Assembly: GCF_018977255.1 (NCBI RefSeq)
Contig: NW_024704742.1
Coordinates: forward strand, 2,916,001-2,980,000
From: Callorhinchus milii
Taxonomy: Eukaryota
Direction: 5' to 3'
Length of the DNA: 64,000 bases
Made by a program: the position numbers and the translations under genes. Below the pieces are notes generated by a model. The model was not told where the DNA came from. It did no database searches and was given only the letters and a program-made list of their open reading frames with translations. Shown here piece by piece: positions 1 to 12,320 of the stretch; the stretch's first letter is position 1, and every line of letters starts with the position of its first letter.

Positions 1-60
1 GAATCCTAATGAGATGGTCGCTTTTTTTTTAAGTCGGAGGCCTTAATAAAATGCTGGTAT

Positions 61-180
61 ATAATAATGATAATAATAATTATAATAATCCTTGCATTTG
101 ATATGGCGCCTTATCACGTCTTCAAGACGCCTCAAAACGCTTCACAGAATACACTGTCAAGTGGAGTGACTGTGTGTTTT
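61..180 (-). mobile_element. 3' tail fragment of tRNA-derived SINE (L2-type tail)
   Basis: Reverse complement of the family 3' end ...gaagacgtgataaggcgccatatcaaatgcaaggattattat with (TTA)n tail. Confidence 0.8.
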
Positions 181-231
181 ATGTACAATATATATTATAT
201 GTGCAACAAGAGCATACAATAATAGAAGTTA

Positions 232-580
232 CTTCTCACAATCATCTTTCACGTCAGGAAGATGTCTCAAAGTGCTTGTTGGCTGCTGCCCGGGCACCCG
301 ATCTAGGGGTGGGAGCCGAAGAGAGTGAGGAGGGGAAAGGTGGCCCAAAAAAGCACGGTCAGAGAGGTATGTGTTGAGATGGGTTTTGAACATAGGAGGG
401 ATGGAGGAATTCACGCACACAGATGGAGTTCCAGAGAGCGGGGGCAGAATGAATGCCAGCCCACCCGCTGATGGTGGGGCTGATCGGGCAGGAGGCATGA
501 AGCAGACCAGTGTTTGCTGAGCGAAAGGGAACAACCAGGTCAATGAGGTTGTAGAAGCTCACAGAGGTATTGTGGGGCAA
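232..580 (-). mobile_element. L2 LINE 3' end fragment
   Basis: Minus frames give TISGWAGIHSAPALWNSI and FKTHLNTYLSDRAF, matching the L2 ORF2 C-terminus (GGRAFS..AP.LWNSLP...FK..LKT.LF..AF), followed by the L2 3' UTR. Confidence 0.8.
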
Positions 581-924
581 GGCCACGGATGTATATTTTG
601 TGAGAATCAACGTAATAACCAAAAATTGCTGCACCACTGCGCAAGGTTGAGGATGCCTCAGTCTAAAGAAGTTCCGACAAATTCAGTGTGTAAAATTGCC
701 TTCTTTAGCAAAAAAGCTGCTTGTAAATTGGAATATAACTACGTGCTATTGTGAATACTGAATGGTTACATGTGGAGTGGAAAAAAGGTGGGGACAAAAG
801 AGAGTAAACTCCAGTGAAAAATAAAAATGTTTACATTTGTTATAGCACCTCTCGCAGTGGGAGGATGCTTTCACGTGCTTCGCAAGTTGCATTGGAAGAT
901 GTAGTGTTTTATTTAGTCAACCAA

Positions 925-1370
925 TTTGCACAGTTGGTAGCACTCATTCCTCTGAGTCAGAAGGTTTGTGTTCAAGGCCCATTTCGGGACTGTCAATGCT
1001 GATGCCAACATAGTGGTGCGAGAGCGCTGAATCATTGGAGGTGCCGTCCTTCGGATTAGGTGTTAAGACATTGATGAGATTCCATCTGCCTGTTCAAGTG
1101 AATGTTAAAAGATCCTATGGCACTAATTGACAAGCGGAGGGAGCTTCTCCCAGTGTCCTGGCTGGCAATCCCCAGATAAAAATTGGTCATTCACTTCATC
1201 GCTGTTTTTAGGGCACTGCTGTGAGAAAATTGGCTTCCAAGTTTGTCCACAAAATATTGATGTTGTTACACTTTCGGTAAATCCTGACATGGTCCCAAAG
1301 TGAAAGGTACTATATACCAAAGGCAAAGAGCATCATTACTATGATATAAAATGTAAGGATTATTATTACA
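925..1370 (+). mobile_element. Deu-domain SINE (SacSINE1/AmnSINE1-like), degraded
   Basis: tRNA-like head (cagttggtagcactc..ctgagtcagaaggtt..gttcaa), core ggaggtgccgtccttcggat...ctgcctgttcaagtgaatgttaaaagatcctatggcacta...ttctcccagtgtcctggc, L2-type tail. Confidence 0.8.
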
Positions 1371-2984
1371 GCAGCAAAACATATCTGTATCCAAAATTTC
1401 TAAACGTTTCAGAACTTTAAACACCTTTAATAATATTATAGCTCCCTTATTAGAGCATAATTCTCTCTCTATATACATATATGTATTTAGCGTTTCAGCG
1501 ATGTGATAAGGCGTTATATGACATGAAAGGATTACATATTTTTATTATCATTTATTATTATCAATGAAAGATAGCAGACTTCCAGAAGAAATCCACTAAC
1601 TGTAAGATGAGTTTCACATTGTGTTGACGGCAGTGACCTGAGAATAATAATGCTGAGTTATAGAAATTGTGTCTTCACAAATTCAGCGTCAAGAGAAAGC
1701 AATCGTACTGATACTAGGAGGACATAAAAAACCACTGGGGACACAGGTTCATGGTCAAATAAAACTTAAGAGGTGATGAAGCAGGAGGAGACACATAAAG
1801 TTTACGCAGAGGACAAGTGCTACAAAGTGAGATTCCTCGCTAATATGTACTGACATTTCTTACCTGTCTCTCAGATTTCCTCTTGAGTTGCGATTTATTA
1901 TTTATCAGCTGAGAAACGAGCTCTCGGAAAGGTCAATTTAAGGCCAAGAATAAAAATCCACTCGCTTGAAAGGGTGACAAGCAAATCTGTTTTTTTTTCT
2001 CTCAGAGCAAACAACACTTTGTTGCTTGTCTCAACTTTCGGACGTTGGGATCGTGATGGTCAGGGGATCGTTGTGTGTGAAGGGCAAGTAAAACGGAGAC
2101 AAGCTGAATTTGCAGTGTGTGGGTCAGGGCAGAGCTGTGGGGAATCCGCTGCGATGTGACGCTCTGGTTTGACGGGAAACGGACGGTTGCGTGTCAAGAG
2201 TCTCACTGTATGTCCTCGGTGGGAGAGTGAAGTAACCCGAAGCTGCCTTTGCACACCGTTTGCAGCTGGAATGTAGTACAAATATTTTATCTCCCATCCC
2301 GCACCCCCACCTCGCAGAACATCCAGTGAACATCCAGTGGTCTGAGCTCAGAAGAGCTTCCAGTGATGATTACACTCTGATGTCCCAGCTCATAGGAATG
2401 GGCAAATGTGCATTTGCTCAGTTAAAGCTGTTTACCAGGCATTTTGCCGCCTATCAGCTTGTAGCCCGGCAAACTCCTCCATTTGATCGGATGGCATCCA
2501 TCAAATTGCCTGTTTGATAGATAAGGATGCGTAAGTGATAAATAGATGTAGCCCCTTATCACGTCTTCGAGACGTCTCAAAGCACTTCACAGAATATACT
2601 GTAAAGTGAATTGACTGTATATTTTGTGGGCGAAACGCAAAATACCACAAATGAGACCCCAAAGTGATCCAGTTATCAACAATGCTGGTACTCAAGCTCC
2701 GCGCCCTCCAACTGGTGGAGCCATCGCTCAATGGGTAGGGCTGTATGTCCAAAAATGTGGGCAGGAAGATGGTGGGCGGTGCCACCATCAAATAAATGAT
2801 CCTTAGATTTGATATAGTGCCATTCATGTCAGGAGGGCGTTCTCAAAACGCTACGCAGTACACAACGTAAGTGTATTTTGTTGGTGAATGAAATGATGGA
2901 AATAATGTACATGTTGAAAGCTAATACCCAAAATAAAAGTAAAACTGATTGAAAATACAATCAATCTAAAAAGTAAGTTATTCC

Positions 2985-3212
2985 ATGTGCCTCTGTTTAC
3001 CCAGCAATAAGTAGGAGCCCGGTTGTTAGTCGATTGGCGGATGACTTTCCAGGGATAATAAATCCCTAACTTCACTGAATTCCATTATAAAATACCACAA
3101 ACGAGACCCCACGACTGTTTGCAGGACACTGCTGTACGCAATTGGTTGCTGTTTATTTTTTTGTCTGGACGACATGATAAGGCACTAAATAAAATGTAAG
3201 GATTATTACTAT
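2985..3212 (+). mobile_element. tRNA-SINE long subfamily, 5'-truncated and internally deleted
   Basis: gcctctgtttacccagcaataagtaggagcccggttgttagtcgattggcgg segment plus the family tail. Confidence 0.7.
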
Positions 3213-4369
3213 TAAGACTGTTTGACAGTTACCGGCCTCTGATCAGTCACATGCATGACCTAAGCTCTTACAAACTCAAAACAACCATTTTCTAATATGG
3301 TTGGGTACAGCACACCAGTCTGAATTCCCAAGGAAGGAGAAGGGATGACTTGTACTGTTCTCATTGGTAGGCAGTGATCACAGTGTGGTGTTAAGCCTAT
3401 TAAATATGCTTACAATGCAGCCGGTCTTTAGATCCAGGAGGCCATATGTGTAGGAGGTAGATTTTGAAAAGCGTATGAAATAGCAGGTTGCCATTAAATG
3501 CGATTCTGTTACGAAAAGATAAAATCCCAAACTGCTTAGAATGGAAACGTTGATAAAAAAAATTAGAATCAATCTTCCATACAACATCCAGCACCTGTTC
3601 CGTGATTCACTTATAGCTAGAATTTCAATAGGCTTTACTAGTTCCTGGATATTGGGCAATAAATGAAAAGAAAATGTTGCACATTAAAGGCAATTGGAGA
3701 CAACAGAAGCAGTTTTGCGAAATGGACTATTTGAATCCTCATATTTAATAATTGAGATTCATGATTTTACTTGTCTTTACTGTTGATTTTTCCATTCCAA
3801 ATAGATATAAGATATGCTTCCCACAACTTTTATCAACTTGGCTCAGTCCACAGCACTTTCTTCTCTAGCTAGACGCTGTGGCTTCAAGCCTCATGTCAGG
3901 ACTTTGTACTTGTATGCTCACAAAACCCAGAAATATTTGAATATTTCTCAGAAAGTTTCAGTAATCCATTGGAGATATAGTTTGCAACCATCAAGAGGAT
4001 GGCCGCCTGAACATCCGCACCAGTCTAGATAAATCTGCGTACCACTGGCCGTGTGTTTTCAGTTTTTTTTCTTGATAGAATATTTCTTGATTTATGGCAT
4101 ACAGTATAAGTTTATACTGCTTTACAGTATATCGTGTGAAGCGTTTTGAGAGACATCCCAATGTGAAAGGCGCTATATCAAATGCAAGTATTATTAGTAT
4201 TAATGTAAAAAGCAGTCTTAACTGATAGGTAACAGATCATCATGTTCTCCCCGTTCTCCGTTAGAAATATTGGGCAGTCACATTTGAATTGGCATGTGGG
4301 GTGCATCAAAAGTAAAAACCCTCTAATTTCTGACAAAATAGGATTCTATTGGACGAAATTCCTTCAAAA

Positions 4370-4815
4370 TAATAAATAATGATGATAAGCCTTGCATTTG
4401 ATGTGGCGCCTTATCACATCATCAAGACATCTCAAAGAACTTCACTATAAAGTAATTTGACTGTGCATTTTGCTGATGAGACATTGTCAGTGGTGCCATC
4501 TAACCCAGCCATTTGCGCCCACAGTGTCCCATGAACAGCCATGGGGGTAAATAACCGAGATTATTCGGGGGAATTGTTGACCAGGACACCGAGAGGAATG
4601 CCCAACCCTTTGCGAATGGTACCACGGGATCTTTAACATCCACCTGAACAGGCAGACAGGACCTCGGTTGAACGAGTCATCCGAAGGACAATGCAACACG
4701 GCCCCGGCGCTGCATTGGAGTGGCAGCTTTGACGATGTGATTTGAAGTCCCAGCGTTGAACCCACAACCTTCTGACCCAGAGGCGAGAGTGCTGCCATTG
4801 ATCAAGGCTGACACA
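4370..4815 (-). mobile_element. Deu-domain SINE, near full length
   Basis: Antisense head (gaacccacaaccttctgacccagaggcgagagtgctgcca), core (gatctttaacatccacctgaacaggcagac) and tail. Confidence 0.85.
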
Positions 4816-5339
4816 CCGTGAACAGGCCCATTGTGAGCAAAAGCCTTATCCGACTGCAAGTTCAATCAGCGGATTCAGCGAATCCTGCATTTTTCCCGCA
4901 AAATCATCACCATTGTCGGTGAGTGGAAAAAGGAAGGAAATAAGGAAACAAAGCGATAAGAATTTCAGTGTGTGATGTTGGAATTACCACTGGTGATATT
5001 TCTTACATCACACCCTGCATTTTCAACTCATAGATTCAAAGCTTTCGGTAATTGGAAACTCTTACTATTTTATAGCGTTAATGTAGACTGATTCACTTAC
5101 AGCAGTGTAAGGGGTGAGCTTCTGATCTGACTGGCCACTTAACAGCAATTTGAACTAATAATTCCTGGTCTAATCTTTGGGGCTGACTTTAACTGATCTC
5201 CTCACATGGGTGCCTTGATCTTCTTACATCTGATGTCGTTGCCTGGGGTTCATTGGTCACAGTTGATAAGTGATTTCTCTATGCTGGAGGTCTTTAAAGG
5301 CTCTGTGTTATCCCCCAGGTTATTCTCCCCATGTTCCAT

Positions 5340-5635
5340 TCCTATTGGAAACCATCCATCCACCCTTGTCCTGTTTTTCTTTGTGGTTGTCTACTGGCTT
5401 GTGTACAGCACAGTAAGTTGATCAGCAGCAAATTCACCACACTGCAATGCGTACCTTCCATTCCCTTTGAACGACGGCTGCTGCTGAAATTGCAAACCCA
5501 CCGAGTGGTCCATCGGGCAGGAGGAAAATAATCCTGCAGATTATCTCTCTCGGCACCCTGCAAAGTTGCCAGCAGCAGAGAATTTTTCAGGAGCTGATCT
5601 CACAGAAGCCCGCACTCATTTCATCCTCTTGCATG
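5340..5635 (+). mobile_element. Gypsy/Ty3-like LTR retrotransposon pol (RNase H) remnant
   Basis: Translation FERRLLLKLQTHRVVHRAGG then, after a frameshift, NPADYLSRHP (5530-5559), matching the Gypsy RNase H C-terminal motif RIERW.LRLQ.Y...I.YRPG..N.ADYLSR. Confidence 0.6.
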
Positions 5636-5649
5636 TCGAAAGCATCGAC

Positions 5650-5880
5650 AGCAACAATTTGCATTTATATAGCGCTCAAAGTCCCAAAGCTTCGGGGCGC
5701 ACGGGCTGAAAGCACAGACACCAATAGTGGAGCGGAGGCGGCCAAGGGACAAGAAGGAGGCCAGAGCCAGCCGAGAGGAAGCAGCGGGTAGTGGAAGTGG
5801 GGAGAAAGTAAATCAGAAAGGTAGGGAGGTGCCATGGCGAAAAGGGATTTGTAAACGAGTGAGACGAAGCAGCTACTAAA
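5650..5880 (-). mobile_element. L2 LINE 3' fragment
   Basis: Minus frame LVYKSLFAMAPPYLSDLL (L2 ORF2 C-terminal region), then tail gagcgctatataaatgcaaattgttg. Confidence 0.75.
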
Positions 5881-6924
5881 ACAAACAGAACATGTATTTC
5901 CAGCAGATAGAGAGTGCAAGACATGCATTTTTCACGTGAAACATGAGTTAAATGGACCTGACAGGAGTAAATTGGTAATTCCGAAGAAGTTATGAAAGTT
6001 TCTAGCCCACGAAATACATCAAGACGTACTTAAAGCCAAGAATCCCCTCAGAGAATAGGTATTGTTTCCCGGGCTGACAGGCACGTGAAAGATTGCATTA
6101 AGGGCTGTCCACTTGCCAGTCTACTGTGATTGACAATTCCAAAGTACAGATACAAATGACAGGATTGCCAATCCATCCTTCAGGTGAAGCCAAAACATTG
6201 GCAAAACTTTGGAGATGAAGCTTTTTCGCCCTCTGATCAGGAAAGTCTTAAAACTCAGGTTTACAGAGCTGTCTGGGTGTGTGTGTGTGTGGGGGTGGGG
6301 TTGCAGTATGACTGTATACCGGCACAAGAGATAACCGAGCCATCTCTCCAAAGTGTCTTCGGGGAACCGTGAGGTGGTGTTCACAATCCAGGCACCTTGC
6401 GGTAAGCATACCAGTCTTAAACATCTTCAACCCTTCAATCGCTGACTCGAACATCTGAATGTGATGATGCCAATCACAAGCCAACCTCGGCAGTGCAGTC
6501 AGACACACCCGGGGCTCAGACACTTCTCTCCCTCCAGATAATTTTGATAGGGCGGTGAATGACTCAAAACATACATCTCCTTATTTTGCTGTGCAGACAC
6601 AATCAGTCTCCTTGGGGGTATCTTCAAGCAGGCGGAGAAATTGACGCACGTCATTAAACCTGCCAAACCATCACGGGGTACACTCTGCAAATTGGCACGA
6701 AATACGGAGTGCTGGGCACTGCGCTCATCCAACTTGCACGCTGTTTTGATGAGCTAACTGTAGAGTGGTGTGGAATGAGAACTGAGGCATCTTTCTGTTA
6801 CGTTCTGTGTACAGCCAGGACAGTGATCTGCCTGTGTTAGCACACCGTAACCGCAGGGTTTTGTCCGACAGTGGCAGACACTGAATGTGTGCAGAAGTAG
6901 ACATGGTTTTCGAATCAAGCGCTT

Positions 6925-7163
6925 TACTAACACGAGGATAATCTCTCGGCCTCCAGGAGCTGGAATGCACTGCCTGAAAGGGTGGAAACAGATTCAATAG
7001 CAACTTTCAAACAGGGAATTAGATAGGTACTTGAAAAGGTAAAACTTGCAAGAATACGGGGAAAGAGTGGGATTGATTGGGCAGCTCTTCCAAAGAGCCG
7101 ACACAGGCACGATGGGCCGAATGGCCTCCTTCTGTGTTGGAACATTCTATGATTCTATGATTC
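6925..7163 (+). mobile_element. CR1 LINE 3' end
   Basis: WNALPERVETDSIATFKQGIR-like C-terminus; 3' UTR gggccgaatggcctccttctgtg ending in (attctatg)n, the CR1 octamer tail. Confidence 0.9.
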
Positions 7164-7164
7164 T

Positions 7165-7400
7165 GAGAGCCCTCAACGTAAACCCAGATCAATACTTCAA
7201 GATGCAACAAGGCAGTAGAACAAGCGGACATGGGTTTAAAGCTACAGAAGGGCAATTTCAGGACAGACACCCGGAAGTATTTGTTTATTCACTGGGTAAT
7301 CAATGGTGGAACAGGTTGCCAAGAAAGACGGCTGAGGCCAGGACATCGGACTCATTTAAAATCTTGTGCAAAGACAGACTGGACTCTCTAACTCTTAACA
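7165..7400 (+). mobile_element. CR1 LINE ORF2 C-terminal fragment
   Basis: RTSGHGFK...WWNRLPRKTAEARTSDSFK...LD matches CR1 TRGH..K...WN.LP..VVEA.T...FK..LD. Confidence 0.75.
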
Positions 7401-7447
7401 GTCCCAGAGCGGTGCAGGGTCACAGCCAGTGTCCGCAAACCCCATTT

Positions 7448-7712
7448 GGAGTCCTGTAGCTCAGTGGTTAGAGCACTCGCCTCACAAGCGAGAGGACCTG
7501 GATTCGATTCAGGGGCCGGGGGAAAAGCTGGGCAAGCCTCCGTACTCCATACGCCTCTGTTTACCTAGCTGTAAGTAGGAACCCAGTTGTTACTCGATTG
7601 GTGGATCGCTTTTCCGGGGGTAAGAATTCCTTCAAAATAAATAAAAGTAATTTGGTCACTCAATCCACGAATGACGGTGGGAAGCCTGCTCTGCGCAATT
7701 GGCAGCCGCGAT
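7448..7712 (+). mobile_element. tRNA-SINE long subfamily, 3'-truncated
   Basis: Head ggagtcctgtagctcagtggttagagcactcgcctcacaagcgag with A box and B-box-like attcgattc; carries the long-subfamily internal segment. Confidence 0.85.
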
Positions 7713-9039
7713 CGAAACACCTCGAAGGCGAACGAACCGAAAATAAAACGCAGGGACAATTATTTCCCTCAAAGAGTTAACAAATGAACAAAAAAAGTTA
7801 GTTCCACCCCCGGCTTATAAGTGAGTGTTATTATTTCAAAGTCTTGACAGATTGAAGGGGCAGTTTAATCCTGTGAGTGAATTGAGAAACCGTTTTGCCT
7901 TTCACTCTAAATCCTGTTGATAGCTGCTACCCCCTCCCTGCGTCGAGTAATTACCCCAATATTTCCTTTACATTTGTTCAAATGGCTTCCAATCAGGCTG
8001 CTTGTGATGAGGAGCTGGTGCTTTCCTGATCTGAGACGCAGGAGAATGCAGCAGGTCTTATCTGTGCGCCTCATTCCATCTGGAACCAGCGGGTGTCTAC
8101 CTAATCACTGTCCATGGGGTAACAAACAAACTGTCTGGGGGAAATAGATAGACGTCAGACCAAAGGGTCCAGGGAGTTGACCAACCGTGTGTACTGCAAG
8201 AAATTCAACGTATTCCAAAGTTCAAAGGAAAAAGGCTCTAAATCAGAGGCCATTGCTTAATTATCCAAATACAGTGATCAAAGTTATTCCGAGCTTCAGA
8301 AAAGAAGGCTTTAATTGAATGGATCATCCCTATCTTTGTACAAAAGTATTCATTTCACCAGGAGAGATATTGTAGCTGCTATTTAACAAGCCGGTTGGCT
8401 TTATATGGAAATGTAATGAATAATGGAGAGGGGAAAAGAAACAATAAATGTATATTTCAAGCTGAGTTTTAACTTCAAAGTGAAATGAAATGTCACGTTG
8501 ATTTACTTCATCTTTTTTTTGTGTTGTCAGTTTTTCTAAAGGTTCGTGTGACCCCCTTCGTTTTGCCTGTGGAACAAATGTTTTATCTGCAAGCTATTCC
8601 TTTCTTATTGCATAATAAGCCGTGTGCTGGATGCACTTTCATCCCCGCTCAAAACTCTTACTTCATTAATAGCTTTGTTATGAGTTTAGCTGTGACAGTT
8701 TGGTTACTGCCCTACACAACATATACAGTGTTGTCTTTTAGAGATCCCAGCATTATCCTCGATCAGGCTAGCAGCTTGTGTATATTTAATTTAAGACGGC
8801 TGCAGCAGTTAGCTTCCCCTTGGAAACATTGCAGACAAAAGAAAGATCAATACCTTTAACTCTCGGGGCAGGTTTCGGGAATCTTCGGTGTCTAGGTGGC
8901 TGACCAGCCCTGGTTATTTTCAGTTCACGTGATAACAGTAAAAACCTCCTGCTACCGCCACCCCAATAAAGCTGCTCAAAACTCAGGTCGATTGAGGAAG
9001 GAATCTGCAACACTCCAGATACAATTGTCATTATCACAT

Positions 9040-9316
9040 TCTTTCTACACGTCCCTCATCCCCCTCCGGTCCCACGTCGGTGGCCGTGCTTTCAGACGCT
9101 ACGCCCCGAATCTCTGGAACTCCCTCCATCAATCCCCTTCCTTGCCCATCTTTCAGACCACGTCCGAAGACCTTTCACTTTGACCGTGCCTAAGGTCACC
9201 TTCACCCTCTCTCCCCCTCCACCCCAGGCTCAGAGTCAGGCTCTGACACTGTTAAGCGCTCCGAGACGTTACCCCACACGAAGGGCGCTATATAAACGTA
9301 AGGTTGGTGTTGTTGT
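9040..9316 (+). mobile_element. L2 LINE 3' end
   Basis: SHVGGRAFRRYAPNLWNSL in frame; tail gggcgctatataaacgtaaggttggtgttgttg. Confidence 0.85.
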
Positions 9317-9885
9317 ATGAAATGGCCCAAATTCCCCCCCCCCCCCCACCCCACCCCCCCCGGTTAATCCTCAAATTCAAAATGAATACCAAAAAAAACT
9401 AAAGCCACTCGAGAAACTTCTACTTGTGCTTTCTATATTTTTTTCCCCCCTTCTCTGTTCTCTCTCACTCCTTTTTGCTTGGCAACTGTTTTTTTTCGCT
9501 AGTTCCTTCCCCCATCTTATTTTTAACAACGTGTTTCCTCCTTTGTTTCTTCACAGCTGCCGCTGTACATACTGAAAGGTGGGGGAGACTTGGTTTAAAA
9601 GTTAAGCTTCGTCGGCTCGAGACCCGTCTGCCAGAGCTGAATCCTACACATACGAAATTAAAACCACCCAGGAATTGCTGTAAAGTGTAGTGATTGTATT
9701 TGAAATGAAACTAGATCGCTGGCAGCACAGTGTATTGGACTAGTTGTGCGGCAGAACGGGTGGCCTGGGTTTTATATTAATTTCCCTGTAACTCAGTCAA
9801 TACGATGTTGTTCCTCACGCTGTCCAGGACTCCATTCTAACCTGATAACACAGGTCTGGTCGATACCGATCTCAAATCTATCTCT

Positions 9886-9997
9886 GGGGTTTCCACGTGT
9901 GGACGGGACGAATGGACATCTCGACTTGGTTCGGATACTCTTAAGCTTGGTGATGGGCATCTGCATGTGTCGGATACCCGGCTGACCAACAAAAAAA
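9886..9997 (+). repeat. Unclassified interspersed repeat, 3' terminus (copy 1 of 5)
   Basis: ctcttaagcttggtgatggg...catgtgtcggatacccggctgaccaacaaaaaaa, homologous to copies at 40.4, 50.6, 53.9 and 63.0 kb. Confidence 0.75.
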
Positions 9998-10094
9998 CCC
10001 TCTGAATTAAAGAATTGTGGGTGAAACTTTGAGCTCGTCAGCTAACATTGACCCACCCCTCCATGCCACCACCACCTACCCCCTCCATGGGTCA

Positions 10095-10707
10095 GACGGG
10101 CTCACTCTTGCTTCTAAGAGGGAAGGTTCGTGGGTTTAAACCCAGTGTCAGAACTCGGAATTCATGACGTTGCAGTGCTGGGGGAAACCTACCTTAGCAG
10201 AAGTGCAATTAGATGAGCCGTTAAACCAAGAAAATCTCATCTGCCCAATAAAGATCCCATGGCACTATTCGAAAAGAGAAGTGGAGTTTCTCTCTGCGTC
10301 TTTGGCAACAATTCCACCAAATAATAATGGCCCTTCACTTCATAATGATAAGCAATAATAATTATAATAATCCTTGCATTTGATGCAGCGCCTCATCGCA
10401 TCTTGAAGACGTCTCAAAGCGCTTCACGGGATATGCCGTGAAGTGAATTAATTGACTGTATATTTTTGAGGGCGAAACGCAGCAGCCAATTGCGCACAGC
10501 AGCGTCCCCACAAACACTCGTGGATTGAGTGATCAAATTCATGGCTGTATGTGGGACATTGCTGTGTGCAAATTAGATGCTGCGTCCTCCTGTATTAAAT
10601 AGACAATCGCTTACACTTTGCGCCAAAATCCTGCGAAATGCTTCGGGATATCCTACTGTTGTAAAAGGTGCGATATCAAAGGCAAGTATTATTATTATTA
10701 TTATTAT
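10095..10707 (+). mobile_element. Deu-domain SINE interrupted by an antisense SINE
   Basis: Head and core at 10095-10330, resuming at ~10541 (catggctgtatgtgggacattgctgtg) and running to a (TTA)n tail. Confidence 0.7.
10355..10540 (-). mobile_element. tRNA-SINE 3' half, nested antisense
   Basis: aataatccttgcatttgatgcagcgcc...gcagccaattgcgcacagcagcgtcccca. Confidence 0.85.
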
Positions 10708-10716
10708 AAAAGGTGA

Positions 10717-11010
10717 CACTCGCTTTGCAAGCGGGAGACCTGAGTTCAATTCCAGGCAGAGGGCAAAACCTTGGGCAAGTTTCCTTACTCCACACAGAGC
10801 CTAATAATAATCCTCCAAAACCAAAAACAATAATAAATTGGTCATTTTCAATCTACGACTGTTTGTGGGACATCGCTGTGCGCAATTGGCTGCCGCGTTC
10901 GCCCACACATATACAGTCAATTCACTTTACAGTGTGTTCTGTGAAGCGCTTTGGGACGTCCTCCCGACGTGAAAAGCGCTATATCAAATGCAAGGATTAT
11001 TATTATTATT
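10717..11010 (+). mobile_element. Young tRNA-derived SINE (short subfamily, SINE2-1_CM-like), slightly 5'-truncated
   Basis: Near-identical to 21724-22044, starting at cactcgctttgcaagc and ending in (TTA)n. Confidence 0.95.
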
Positions 11011-11924
11011 TATAAAGTTGTAATATCAAGTTTAAAAACGCTCTCAGAGACACAAACTGTAGTGGCTGGTTGACCATCTGTTGAAAAACAGAAAAAGCTG
11101 ACGTGGAAGAACAGAAGCTTCTTAACCTTGACCGACTAAACCACTTTACACATCATGCTGAACACAGCTTCCTCTTTGGCCCGAGCAAAAAAGGACTGGA
11201 GAATTCAGAATCAGATGCCTCCGGTTTCTGGCCGCAGACACAAAGACGTGGGATGAGGTTTTGAACAGTGCCTCAATGGAATTTTTTTTTAAAAAAATGA
11301 TCAATTCACGTTGATTTTATAATTGTACTGCACCAACTGTGGTATAAAGATAATAACTGATGCGGGGGAGAGGTGGGACATTACAAATCAATTTAAACTT
11401 GTGACTTTGTACATCTACTACCTCGCTTGTCCTTTGGGTTCACGGGTTAGGCTTATCTAACATTCCTCAATTAACTGTGTTTGCATATCCCACCATTTTC
11501 CCGTTAGTTATTCTACTCCTGCCGTGGGCTGCTGATGCTTTGCTGACTTCTCATGCTTCCATGGTTTTCAATGCGATACGTGTCCTGAGTAAGCTATGAG
11601 CTGCAGTGTTGTTGCAATGTAAAATCAGGTTGGCAGAATAGCGCTTTTTTTTTTGTAGCGTACAGAAATTTGATGCAAAACATATTCATGTTTTACAACT
11701 GACAACGGCTCTTCTATTCCTTTATGGAAATGGCTTGACACTGGGAATACTCTCCTAGGAAAATAGTCACAATTTTGATTGTTGTCAGCAAGTGGATGTG
11801 TCTTCGTAGCTATCCTCGAGCTAAAGTTACCACTAGAGGAAACACGGGCAATTTATGAGAAACTGGGACTTTCTATAAACAGCACCACAACCTGTTTTTT
11901 TTCTTTTCTAGGGGGTTATTACGC

Positions 11925-12320
11925 AGTTAGCCTGCCTCTGTTGATGACGCTCATGCCTGAGTTGGAAGGTTGTGAGTTTCAAGCTCTACGTCAGGGCTGG
12001 AGCTCAGATAGTCTAACATGACACTCAAGTGCAGTGCTGGGGTGGGGGGGGGGGGGAGGGGGGGAGGACTGCAATGTTGGCTGTGTCATCCTTCTGTCGA
12101 GATGTTAAACCATCTGCTTGTCCAGCTGGACGTAAAAGATCCCACGGCATTATTCTAAAAGAGAAAGGAGTTTATCCCATTGTCTTGGCCAACAATCCTC
12201 CAAATAAAACTGGTCACTCACTTCATGGCATTGTGCAAATTGGCTGCCACAAAATACACCCAGTCACTCACGTCACCGTAAAATCCTGTGAAGCCCTTAG
12301 CGACATTGTGGTTATAAACC
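11925..12320 (+). mobile_element. Deu-domain SINE, degraded
   Basis: gaaggttgtgagtttcaag head; core gtaaaagatcccacggcattatt; ttgtgcaaattggctgcc. Confidence 0.7.
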
